Shown piece after piece: positions 1-11,546 of a DNA stretch of 64,000 nucleotides (positions are counted from its first letter, which is position 1; the number at the start of each line of letters is the position of its first letter). Below the pieces are notes generated by a model. It was given only the letters and a program-made list of their open reading frames with translations, ran no database searches and was not told the origin of the DNA. The translations under genes and the position numbers were made by a program. The DNA comes from Lepidodermella squamata (lineage: Eukaryota; Animalia; Gastrotricha), in NCBI GenBank assembly GCA_047495785.1, contig JBLDXI010000023.1, positions 1,178,001 to 1,242,000 of the forward strand, written 5' to 3'.

Positions 1-702
1 ATGCGACTCGCATACGCGTGGTGATTAATACCTAATAATAATAAAAATATTACGCGCTATTCAAAAATGCAGGCACCGAGCCCATTTTGCAGCGTTGCAC
101 GACGACCAATCGACCAATAATATTCATCATCATCACTCGCACTAGCCTGCTATATGCCATATAGTATTTATTTGGCAACAGAAAAACTGCTGCGTAAAAA
201 ATGCCCAGGTGTAGTATAGTATATTTCAACTCTAGAAATCGCGGCAGACGATCTATTGACGGTATCTTGTTAGATGAATGCTGAAAGCTGAATAACCCTT
301 CTAATTTTCTTAATATAGGATTTTTACAAAAATAATAAATTATTTTCATCACGTGAAAGGTTGTTTATACGTTGTAGTCTTACTCCGGCTTGGTTGCGCG
401 TGACAAAAAGTTGTCAAAATTTGCTATCTGTGTGGGCCTTGTTTACTTACCTTAAAAGATTTGCGTTAATAATTACGCATTTTTCTTCAATTATACTTAC
501 ACGAGGATAAATTGCCCCAGCAGCTTGCCCCAGTTTTCACTTGATTTTGTCTAATGTTATACCTAATGTTTTTTATATATTTGGAAAAATTTCAAAAAAT
601 TCCATTTATTCCTTTAATCATTATTCATCAATTTTATAGATTTATTACCAAATTTTTGTATCGAGAAGAAAGCGCGAGAGCAAATTTTAATTTGTTGTAA
701 AA

Positions 703-3653
703 ATGGCCGCCGCTTCGGTTCAAATCAGCCTGAACAGCGGCACTAAGAGCGGCGAGCCCAACAACCCCACAGACACCTCCCACCACGAAGTTTCTTCCAG
801 CCAAAGCTACCCGGACTACATCGAGGGCCAAGTCGCCGCTCAGTTGGTCCGCGACGCCATCCGCGCCTTCGACCCGGATGACTCAGACTCGAATGACGCA
901 CCGTCCCGCTTCCAGACCTCGGACAGTGCTGATGCTTTAGCGAACCCTTTATCGCCTCCTCTGTCCAACAACGACTCGAACCACGGCCCTCTCGATAGCC
1001 CTAGAAGGCAGGAAACTGCGAATTTAGTCTCGACAGAAGACGAGCTGGACGAAGAACTAGCGGCCTTAGTCGATGAAGATGAGGTGCAGTTGCTGGAGCA
1101 AAGCCTCGATGCTTCAGGCAATGGCCGGCTGAGGGAGGATGAAGAGTTGCTGTTGGGCGAGGACCCGAATGCCGAATCTATCGATCTTCCATTACCACCA
1201 GCCTCGCTACTCACGTCTGATCCTGAGCATGACGCGAAATCGCCGGAAGTCCATCATATTGTCTCATCAGAATCAGACCAAATTCAACCAAGCGTGACGG
1301 TCCCCAAGCTTGAACTGGAGTCAAGTTTAGACCCCGTTTCAACATCACCCGTGCTCGAAGTCGAGGAATCACCTCACATTCAGTCAAGCGTGACGCCAGT
1401 TTCGGCTGAGCCAGCCGTTCAAATCGAAGTATTCCATCAAATTATAGGCGAACCGGACCAAATCCAGTCACCTGTGACGGAAGCTAAACCTCAAACTGAA
1501 TCTGTTCAGCCAACTGTGACGGAACCTGAACCCACCTTAGTCCATCAATTTATCGGTGGGAGTGATTCCCCGAGGCTTGATTTGAAGAGCCCAGAGCCAA
1601 ATTTCACTGATATCGCTGACCCGCAATTCTTGACTGATACGTCGAAATCCGAGGACGAAAGCGAGACAATTCTAGCTGAAGATCACCCAAGCGTGATCGA
1701 TGTGGTAGATTCACAGCAGGTGACTCTCGATGTGAAACCCGAGCCAGTCTACGAAAATATACCCGAGAAAACCGATTCTCCAGTACGACCACCGAGAGGC
1801 CATCGAAGGACGCCGTCGATGCCTTTGGAAGTTCTCAAATTCGAAGTAGACCCTCGAGACACCTTCACACCCCCTATTGCACCCAGGCGGCATAAGAAAA
1901 CCGCGTCTTTGGTCCAGGCTGAAGCTAGGTTGGAATACGACCCGATTAATCCAAGAAGTCGAACTGCTGAACCGCCCGTGGTGAGTCCGGTCGATGAGCC
2001 ACCCCCTGTTGCCCCGGCCCGGTCGAAAAAGCCTCAGGTCGAGCAAACAGTGGTCACGCAGGAGCAACTGGTCGCTGAGTTGAAGGAGGTTCTTAAGAAA
2101 AAAGACCGTTATGTAGAAGTTGTACCTGAAAATGTTCGTGTTATTGAACAGGAGGTTGTTGTTGCTCAAGAGCCGAGTGTCATTGTCATAACGGAACAGC
2201 CTGGCGCATCGCAATCGCCGAGACGCTTGGTTGAAATTGCGTTGGTTGGCGATGCCGGGGTTCCGTCCAAGTTGGCCCTCAGCCAACACGCCAGTGGCGA
2301 CTCAAAATCTGTGCCTAGTTCGGTTAATTTTAACATAACGGTCGATGGTGCTGAGGTGGCGTTGTTGGTTCACAACAACGGGGCGGTGGCAGGGGATGAC
2401 GCTGCCTTACAGTCCAGGTCTGCCTTCAAACAGGTTGATGTTGTAGTAGGCTGTTTTGCCATGGATAATGCTCAATCGCTGGAGAACCTCAAGAAGCGGT
2501 GGATACCCGAGGTAAGTGCGATTTTACTTCTTTGAGATTCATTTATTGCTTATTTGCACATAGGTGAAGAAACTCTTAATTAGATAAAGTCTTAGTTGAG
2601 CTTTTGTTGATATTGCAATCATACACCTGGGAGACATTTTAGTTTCCGTTATAAATTTCAGTTGAGTTTATTTGAATTTGGATTCTTATCATTTTAACAG
2701 TACTCTAATGATTCTTTTGGACTGAGGACTGAGCTTTATATTAACGAATTGACACGAATCTCTCCTACAAATTTATCATTGACCATTTTTCATTTTTTCA
2801 TTTTTTTCAATGATAATGATGAATAAATGTATAATTATGTGTAGCTTTTTAACTTTTCACACATTTAAATTTCATTCATTAAAATGCGCCTTTCAATTTT
2901 CTGGTCCATAAGGCATAAGCTATTCATAAAGTTTTGCTCACGTAATAGGATGGGAGCTCACAAGGGACAAAAAAGCTCCAAGCCCATTTTCCTTGAATTT
3001 TTCTGATGCTCGGTTCAAGAAACTCAATCGAGGTCGGTCAGTTTTCTGAAAAATCAATAGGGAACTTTTAATGCAAGATTGTCAACCAGCCATCCAACCT
3101 TTCTTGGTGCCACATAGTCTAATACCTATTTTTACCAAAATTCCTGAAATTCTTCGTTTTTCTACCTATCCCATTCTTTTCTCTTCTCTGAATATAGGTT
3201 CGAGCAGCACGGCCTGGAATACCGATTATTCTTGCAGCAGAGCGCTTTCAGCCCCGTGTGGTGAGAACCGAAACCGACGACTCGTCTTCGGGCTCGTCAT
3301 CAGACGAAGAATCAACCGCTTCTTCAAACCTGCACGTGCACCACCACGTAAAAGTATTAACCCAAGCCGAGTGCCAAGCCGCGGCCAAAGAACTCGGAGC
3401 AGCCGGGTTCGTAGAATACGTCAAACCGCAAAGCAATACGCCAAACAGCAAAAAGCAAAAGGATATCAAGCTAGATATCAAACAAGTTTTCGAGGCAGCT
3501 GTCCGAGCGTTTTCAGCCCACGAGGCTGAAATCATCCACAACACCTCGGCGACAATAAGTGGCGATGCTACGGCTCAAAATGCCTTGAAACCTGAAGTCC
3601 CAACCGCTGCGATTCAGACGCCGGCTAAAAAGCGATGTTGCTCAGTTATGTGA
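703..3653 (+). CDS. Rho-family GTPase-like protein (probable pseudo-GTPase) with ~500-aa acidic/Pro-rich N-terminal extension and C-terminal CaaX; 2 exons (703-2511, 3198-3653), ~754 aa
   Basis: Phase-0 intron GAG|gtaagt (2512) ... tatag|GTT (3197) joins WIPE to VRAARPGIPIIL. The C-terminal part aligns with the Rho fold (ITVDGAEVAL, DVVVGCFAMDNAQSLENLKKRWIPEV, AKELGAAGFVE, IKQVFEAAVRA) and ends KKRCCSVM*. G1, G3, G4 and G5 motifs are degenerate. Confidence 0.85.
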
Positions 3654-4357
3654 GCAAGTCAAAATGTCAAAATTATTTACATTATTCAAAATCTTAAACT
3701 ATGCCATAACAAATTATATCAAATTTTTATGAAATTAAATAGTATTTATCAAAACTGAATGTTGTGAATATTTGTGAACTTATGGCCTTATTATATTGAA
3801 TCATGACTTGAAACCAAACCGCATTGTGCTCTTGAATCGCTGCTCTATATACATCTTGCCATTCTTTCCTGGGCATTTTCTTGATTTTTTTTCTGTAAAT
3901 TTTCACATGATGCATTGTGCAAGATGATATATCTGTATGCATGTGTACGTATGTATTTGGCGCAGCGTTAGCGCTTATATATTTCCGTTCAATTTCGTTC
4001 CATCTCGGCGAGGTCTCGATATTACGACAGAACAATAAAATTTGAAGATTTCTTAATTGTGGGTCTTCTCAAATTTCTCAAGCCTCAAGCGCAGGTGGTT
4101 TGACACATCGATAAAGCTGGGAGACATCCAGAATGGCTGAACAGCGACTAACCACGTGGTGGAGCTAAAAAACAACCTACATGATTATAAATGATCCGCA
4201 TCACTTGCAGTCATGTCAAGTCACATTTTGTGTTGTCCTTGGTTCGCGGGAAACAAGGCGGATAGCCCTGTACCGTGTCCACGTAGTACTTGGGGATTAC
4301 TGTAGCTGCGACTCATATCTTTCTGGAATCCTTTCTTTTTTGCTTTTTCATTTTTAG

Positions 4358-5360
4358 GACCGTCATTGTTATTGCTGCTCTTATTGCATTCGTCTTGGAA
4401 TGCAAGGAAGAAACCAGGTAATTTAGCTCTATAAATTCACGCTGAATAATTAATTCGAGATTTAGACATCGTATGCCCAGATGGATTTGTGGGCATTTTT
4501 GCTGATAATTTTATTACTATTATTACTATTACAACTAATAATAATTTGCTAATAATTTTTGCTAATCTGTGTTGCAATGGCAACGCTAACCCGCCTAATC
4601 GGGGCCTAAAATGTTGCGGAAAAGCTGCTTACAAACCTTCAATTCAGAAGTCTTGCAATGGCGCTATTCTTCCGGTTCTCAATGGCAAAAAGAATTGCGC
4701 CACAGGAGAACCTAGTATTTATACATAATTGATTGCGAAATAGGCTAGTTTCTAGGTTAGGAGTTGGGACTAGGGCTGAATGACCCTGTAGGGTATCGGC
4801 ATTTGAATTAGGGTTAGGGTTAGGTTAGTTAGTATTTGGGGTCAGTTTGACTGTTATACGGCTCTACGGTTTAGGTACGAGGTGGGGCTCAATTAGGGGC
4901 GGCGATTAAAATAATCTATCTACAGCTCAAAATTATGTTCATCGTTTTATGTTTAATTCGGGTACGCACGGCTAACCAGATGCGATGGAAAAATCATTTT
5001 ATTGATTCAGTTCTCCGCGACTGAGCATCTATACCCTTTCGGGTTTTGAGGAAGGCTAAGACAAGGCAAACCAGATGATGAATCCTGAACCATAATAGAT
5101 TTCCTATTGAAGCAATTCTTCAAATTATACAAATAATAGACTTCTGCCTGACTGAGGCGGAACCTAGTATCAACAACAACGGCCCGTTTACGCCAACACA
5201 GTGCTGCAACGCAAATGCATACTTCTGAGACCAGTACACGATCTACTGCTTCGGCTCAGCTTCGTACAATTCCATGGAACAAACGTGTTGCAAAACGGAA
5301 GGATCGTTCTGGGCATGCAGCTGTTCCCTATACAGTGCTGAAAATTCTTATCCTTATTGA
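4358..5360 (+). pseudogene. Galaxin-like (di-cysteine repeat) secreted protein, probable pseudogene
   Basis: Putative exons: 4358-4417 (PSLLLLLLLHSSWNARKKP, signal-like), 4466-~4728 (DIVCPDGFVG...LCCNG...KCCGKAAYKPSIQKSCNG) and 5140-5360 (DFCL...QCCNANAYF*DQYTIYCFGSASYNSMEQTCC). CC-G-x-x-x-Y-type repeats; in-frame TGA at 5226-5228; AATAAA at 5382. Confidence 0.45.
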
Positions 5361-5484
5361 TTTATTGGAGGCTTGTTATTGAATAAAAAAGCCACATGGT
5401 GCAAGTTTCTATCCTATTTAACTTTGATTCAGAATTAGCGTCATTTCAGTCAATTAGCAAGCAAATCGATGAAGGGCGCAAATT

Positions 5485-7440
5485 TTACTTTGTCGCGCAA
5501 AATTCGTTGCCTGTGAGCTCCATGTACTGAAAAATTCGAATGTTTCCCAATTTTAGCTGAAACACTCGTTGAGAAGCTTACATATAGCAAGAAACCATCG
5601 TTATCCAGCTGACCATTGTAGCCATACGACACATATTCAATATTCGCCTGGCCCGGCTTGCAGTTCAGAAAAGCAACAGATCGCCGGTAGAGGCCATCAA
5701 TATTGTCTGAATCGGCAACTAGGGCCAAGCTCGGGTTGGGATGGTTCGGTCCAGTTCGCATTTCGAAACGAGTTGATGCTGGCTTGCCGAGGTCCATGTT
5801 GTAGTCCCATTCGCTAGCGTACTCACAAATCTGGGAATACAATTTTTCAGTCATCGCCAAAATCAGATCTCAGCAACCTACAGCAGCTCTTCCATTGCAA
5901 ACAGGCCACTGGGGGATGTAGAGGGGTTTGCAAAACGCGAATGAATAACCAAATCGGTCATTACGCGTCACTAGCCTTCGAAGAAAATAACGAAATTCTG
6001 ATTCTGAATAAGACATACGGTGATGAATTGTTAACAAGAGGTGCAAGGTCAATTTTTCCAGCTCCATTCGACAGCTCACAGTAACAGGTTCCACGTTCGT
6101 CATTACTGCATGGATTTACGGCTAAGAACGAAATTGGAAATATAGAGTGGAAAAACAACTAATCCCATGATTTTAAATTCACACACGTGTATTATGCTGG
6201 GGGCAAAATGCTCTTCCATAGAAATCGGCGTACTAAAAACGTAAACCAGGTATTTTTCATAATTTCAGGGCGAATTTCTTACGTAAACTAGATAACCATC
6301 CGGGTCGGCACTTTTCGGGCTGTAGTTGTTGAACTGATACCCACTCACCAAGGATGTTGTAGTCGAGTCGCAGTTGAGGAAAGTCACTGACCGTCTCAAG
6401 ATACCATCTGGGTTTACGGATGCATCCATGACTAGGGCCAAGCTATTCTTCCCAAGGGGGACCCTTTGCCGTAGTTCGAACCAGGAAGTGGCAGCATTAC
6501 CCAAGTTCATGTTATAGCCAAGTTTAGTCGAATATTCGCAGTACTTGAGGACAAATTCATATCAAATCATAGACAAATGATTATCAAATTACCGAAGCTT
6601 TCTTGTCGCAAATCGGTTGGGACGGAGCTCTCAGGGCGTTGCAAAAGCTGAAGGTATAATTGAGGGCTCCAGCTACACCTTGGAAAGTCAAGCCGAAATC
6701 GCCGAGAGATGTGAGATCGATAGTCCCGGAGCCGTCCACCAGGTCACATGTGCAAGCCCCGGGTGAATTGACCTTGCAAGCACTTTCTGACGGAACAGGG
6801 CAACATTTGCTACATCGAACCTCAGAGTACTATCGAAAGACTCAGCGAAAACATAGCTGATACGAAAAAATTACGTAAAGAGAGTAGCCATCCTTATCTT
6901 TATCGCCAATATAGTTGTAAGGAACAAAAACGGGATCTATGGCCGCCGGGTCACAGGTTAGGAAGGCAATAGATCTCCTGTAATTATCGGGGCTAATTCT
7001 AGTGTTTCAATGTTTAGTTATTATTCTTACGTGAAGAACACCTCGTAAGTCGACTCTGTAACCAGCGCCAGTCGTTTTTCGTTGCTTCCAGGCATAAGTC
7101 GCCATTGGAAATCAGTCGTAGCTGGCTCACCAACCACTACATAATAGCTATCGGACCATTTCGCATATTGGCAGACACTAGCTCGGTTGTAGCAAGTTCT
7201 GTAGTCACTGTTATTCAACTTGGAGCAGAAGCGGAAATAGGAACTCCATATGTTATCACTTTCAGTTCCGTTAAGGGTTAAATCGGCGTAGCTGGTCAAA
7301 TCAATTGAGGCGGATCCGTCTGCTAAGGTACACCTGCAACTGCCCTTTTTGAAATCTGGAGTGCAAGCTGACTGCGAATAGACAGCTAAGAATCCTCCAG
7401 AAAGCAAGAGAACAATTCTGGACAAATCATTTTGCAACAT
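5485..7440 (-). CDS. Secreted protein with three tandem MRH-like (M6P-receptor/ATG27-like) domains; 9 exons, ~514 aa
   Basis: Exons 7440-7031, 6977-6875, 6829-6593, 6543-6283, 6232-6187, 6121-6019, 5975-5882, 5830-5582 and 5526-5485 splice in frame at GT-AG sites. Signal peptide MLQNDLSRIVLLLSGGFLAVYS. Three repeats of C-x-C-x-L-x-(D/N)G-x-x-x-IDL...F-x-FC...C(Q/E)Y...RS-x-x-FL-x-C...Y...C. No TM segment. Minus-strand AATAAA at 5361-5366. Confidence 0.8.
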
Positions 7441-7677
7441 TTTATTATCGAAGCAAAACAATTCAGTGATAGCTTTTCACTTTTCTCCGCTGATTTTTTT
7501 TAGCTGAGGCTGATTATTATTCCGCCCATAATTGTCGGCAATTATGACAGGCAAATGATACCGGACAGCTGAAATTATTCAATTTTCCGCCTTATCTCAA
7601 ACAATTTAACCTCAATCATAAAGCTGGAGAAGCTAAGTCAGTACAAGACTATAGCTAAACAAACCCCTGGGTTTATC

Positions 7678-8430
7678 CAGGGCCAGATTAACATTCGGGT
7701 GGCCCCTGGGCACTTTCTGGTTGGCGGCCCCTACTCTTCATATTTTCCCGCAAAAACTAGGTTTTCTCATACTTAAAGCCATGATCAAAGTCAATTCCTG
7801 ATTATCCTTATCTGGAATAGAAAAGAATTGATGGCTTAAAGCAAAAATTCTCTAGCGTTGTTTTTGCACTTTGCTTTGGTATTTTTTACTACAAGCAATC
7901 TATTCATACATAACTGGAGTAAACGTTAAAAATTCGTTCCATTTTCCAGCAAAATTTAGCGAAGTTTCAGATTATTGTCAATAAAGCGAAGCGAGAAATT
8001 GTTAAAGAACGTTATATCGATTCACCTTGCTTCTCCCATTTCATTTTTTAGAGTTATATGTAACTCGGAAGTGAGGGAAGATGATTCAATTATCAGCAAT
8101 TTTCCATTCAAACCCCTTTAACCATGTGACGTAGATAGGACGCCGCACACAGAGCATGCCGGCTGACAAACAGGCGTCTTCACTTTTTAGCTCAATAATA
8201 TTCCAAATATTTTGCAATCTAAAAAATAATATGTCGGGGCTCAATTCGAATTTGCTTAATAATTTAAATTTAAATTTAAATTAGTTCAAGTTCTAAAGAT
8301 CCCAATAAATATTCCCAAAATTGTTTTTAATACCTAACTGTTCACCATTTACTGGCCGCCCCTTTTGAAGCCCTTTTGACTGGCGGCCCCTGGCACGTGC
8401 CCTCTGTGCCTATGCGTTAATACGGCCTTG
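7678..8430. mobile_element. Non-autonomous hAT-type MITE (degenerate)
   Basis: Imperfect TIRs CAGGGCCAGATTAAC / GTTAATACGGCCTTG with subterminal GGCGGCCCCT repeats; no clear TSD. Confidence 0.55.
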
Positions 8431-8671
8431 CATAGCTGCCCCAAACCTGTTCAATTCTGCAGGACGTTTTGAGCAAAAAAATCCCCCATCTTCCATTTTT
8501 CAATTTGAGAAAGGAGATTGATACCATGAGAGAAACTGGCAAAACTGTATGCTTACTAAAGCTCGTAAAGCTTTAACAACTGCCGATTTTGAAAACAACT
8601 TACGCGCTCAAATGATCACACTATGCAAACGTATACGAAGTAAAAAAAAATAAAATAAAAAAAATAAAAAT

Positions 8672-8753
8672 TGGCAGCTGTGGGGTTCGAACCCACGCCT
8701 CCGAAGAGACTAGAGCCTAAATCTAGCGCCTTAGACCACTCGGCCAAGCTACC
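8672..8753 (-). tRNA. tRNA-Leu (anticodon TAG)
   Basis: Reverse complement is GGTAGCTTGGCCGAGTGGTCTAAGGCGCTAGATTTAGGCTCTAGTCTCTTCGGAGGCGTGGGTTCGAACCCCACAGCTGCCA: cloverleaf with long variable arm, A/B boxes, no encoded CCA, and an oligo-T terminator downstream (8642-8670). Confidence 0.97.
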
Positions 8754-9645
8754 ATGTGTACTAACAGGGCGGTGCTATGTTCTTTATATATTACATACAC
8801 CGCGCATGCGTGTACCTTATATTATTATTATACATACATACGTGTGCGCGCTGCTTTTCGCATGGGAGTACTGCGTTTATCACTAATAGTAATAAACATA
8901 AGAAAGCACACGCGCATAATAATAATAGCTCAACAGCAGTTAGTATAATTTGATTTAAGGATTTTATTGTGAATGTTTCGATATTTGGATCAATTAAATA
9001 TCAAAAATAATGCTATGCAAATTTCGATTGTCGCATATGGATTTTTGAGCGTCGATTTATTTCATACCAATCAAAAAATAAGTGACACCTAAAAATCGAA
9101 ATATGTACGGAAAACTTGCGTGGAAAAAATTTCTTGGCGAATTTCACAACTTATAGTCTTGCGTTTTTATTTTCAAAATAATTGCATAATTCTGAGTACC
9201 TCTAGAAGTCTGACGCACACTTTAAAGCATAATCAAGGCGGTGTTGAATACCCCAAGTGAAAATATCTATAGGTAACCCTAGCCGCTATCCGAATCAGCT
9301 GTAAGATTATAGCCAGAATGATGGAATCCATTAAAAATGAAACATTTTTCATTGTGGGGACTTTGGGGTTATTCATAATGCATTCATACCCCATGATAGG
9401 GAAACGAAGCATGCGAAAAGCTGTTAGTAGGTGTATATAAATTAGTGTGAAAGCACTCAGTAACTGATAAATAATTTCAAGTTACTGTTCGCGAATCTAT
9501 TGATTTTGATCGGTGATAAAGTCCGATCTAACAGCCGAGGGAAGCAATTTCCGTCCTGACTTGGAACGTTATGCCCGATCTAGGCAAACAAGCCGTTCGC
9601 GCCTCACTCATTTATATTACTCAGTCGGTTAACAATTCGAAAACG

Positions 9646-10761
9646 ATGATTTCATTCGCATTATTCATATTCGCACCAGTCACTGCAGCATTGAGCAACG
9701 ATGATGACATCCGCGCTCGGATTCTCAAAGAATGCAACGTCCTACCAGGGGCCACCCACCCTGATGAGTACAGAACTGACGACTCGAGAAGTAGCATGGA
9801 AGCATTGTTCCTCTACTTGCGCCTAGTTGACGTAGACGACATCGAAGAAACGGTTTCCATCACTGGGTTACTGCTTTTCACCTTTGAAATCGACTGCATT
9901 CGAGAGGCGGCGATTCGCTACAACGCGACTCAAAAGGTGCCGTCTTACTGGTGTATGACTAATGTCGATGACTACTGGCGGCCTGGTGTGGCCAATGACA
10001 ACAGTTTCGAAGACTACGGCCTTTCGACCCATGTTTACCCGGCTACCTCAGTATTTCCATTCAAAGGTCTGGTGAAATTCGCGTATTCAGGGAAATTCAC
10101 TGTTACATGCGATTTCGAATTGGAAAAGTTTCCATTTGACGAACAATTATGCTATATCCAAGCCAGCATTTGGTTGTCGAACTCAACAATCCATGCTAAG
10201 AGCTACTACAGCGCCGTTATGGGCGAATCATCGGATAATGTTGGCTGGATTATGGGAGAGCGGTTTGAAAGGCTATATCTCCTGCCATACACTGAAGACG
10301 TGAACTATCACTCGTTCAAATTTTACTTTAGATTGCAACGAGAGCCTAATTACTACATCCTCAACCTCGTCGGGCCTTGTTTCGTTCTGACAATCGTTCA
10401 GTTTGCGACTGCTTTCATCCAGAGTGACGCCCCAGACCGGCCCAGTTTCTCAGTTACAGTTTTACTCGCTTTCACTGTGGCTCAGAGTCAGGTGCTGGCG
10501 AATGTCCCGAAAACGCCATCGAACATTCTACTCTCAGATCTGGTTTTTGGGCAAATTGTAGCATCTATGATCATCACCTGCTATACGGCAGTTATTTGCG
10601 CAGTCTGCAGCGCGGTGAGTGATGACTGCATGAACAAATGCGTTCTCATCGGAAATTGGAGCATCCGCCGTTGCCGCATTGTTGATATTGTGTTTTTCTC
10701 TATTATGGCTCTTTTGCTGTTAGCATTCGATCTAACTCTTTTCTCGAAGATTATCAGCTGA
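9646..10761 (+). CDS. Divergent intronless Cys-loop ligand-gated ion channel subunit (nAChR-like, non-alpha), copy A
   Basis: Signal peptide from Met 9646 (the upstream ATG at 9571 is TTG in the paralog). Cys-loop CDFELEKFPFDEQLC, R-x-P-x-YY pre-M1, four TM helices, M2 PDRPSFSVTVLLAFTV, VPKT M2-M3 loop, very short M3-M4 loop, no vicinal Cys in loop C. Confidence 0.92.
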   Translation: MISFALFIFAPVTAALSNDDDIRARILKECNVLPGATHPDEYRTDDSRSSMEALFLYLRLVDVDDIEETVSITGLLLFTFEIDCIREAAIRYNATQKVPSYWCMTNVDDYWRPGVANDNSFEDYGLSTHVYPATSVFPFKGLVKFAYSGKFTVTCDFELEKFPFDEQLCYIQASIWLSNSTIHAKSYYSAVMGESSDNVGWIMGERFERLYLLPYTEDVNYHSFKFYFRLQREPNYYILNLVGPCFVLTIVQFATAFIQSDAPDRPSFSVTVLLAFTVAQSQVLANVPKTPSNILLSDLVFGQIVASMIITCYTAVICAVCSAVSDDCMNKCVLIGNWSIRRCRIVDIVFFSIMALLLLAFDLTLFSKIIS

Positions 10762-11546
10762 ACAATTGACTCCGACGGCTGATGATTTGAATCCATCCCA
10801 TTTTAAGAAATTCTTTCGAAAGTTAGAAATCTAGTTTCCAACTAATTTGTTGTGCTAATTATTAGTAAGATCCTTATTGTTCCTAGGGCTGTTAATTGTG
10901 ATAAAAATAAATCCATAATAATTAAAACCCTGTGTTCATCACTGGGGGCAGTATTATGACTGGAGAACTTCGGCTATTTCGCGATTTCGGCTATTAATAG
11001 ACACAGCAGCTGATGGATTATATTGGTTCTCCAACCTCCAGGTTTTTACTTTGGGGCGTCGTACTTCGGACCGATTGGCAGGAAAAACGCTTTTTTTTCG
11101 TCTCAAGAAACTTGGTTGTCAGCTTGGCCGATCCGGACCTGATTTGAGATTAGAGACAGGGTGCAATCATGGACCCTGAATCTGCAAGGGAAGGACAGCA
11201 ATGTTTACTGTAATTCTCAAAATTATTTGTAATATCGACCAAAACACGAGCGAAGATTTCCCTCAAAAAATGCTTCAAAGCCTTCAAAATTGAAACAAGC
11301 CCCATAAAATACAAAATTTCATAAAATACAAACGAGCTGATTATGAGATTCGGATTAATTATTACAGGGGTCAATTAGCAATAAATGAATGTTACAGTTT
11401 GGCAATTGACAGTGCTATCTCAAGATACTTCACAACAAACTAATGATTGAAAAGATAACTAATATAAATGTGGATGGGAGCTATTATCTTAAGGCGCAAG
11501 CGGGAGAGGATTGGAAGATGAATAAGGGGATGGATTAAGTATGTTC

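Noticed and set aside
5226-5228. In-frame TGA in a Cys-rich exon as possible selenocysteine
   Set aside because: It does not align to a Cys position in the repeat and no SECIS was recognised; more likely a nonsense mutation.
8671-8886. ORF MAAVGFEPTPPKRLEPKSSALDHSA
   Set aside because: Antisense translation of the tRNA-Leu gene.
9571-9645. N-terminal extension of the LGIC ORFs (from 9571 and 19650)
   Set aside because: The upstream ATG is not conserved in the paralog, and the signal peptide begins at Met 9646/19782.
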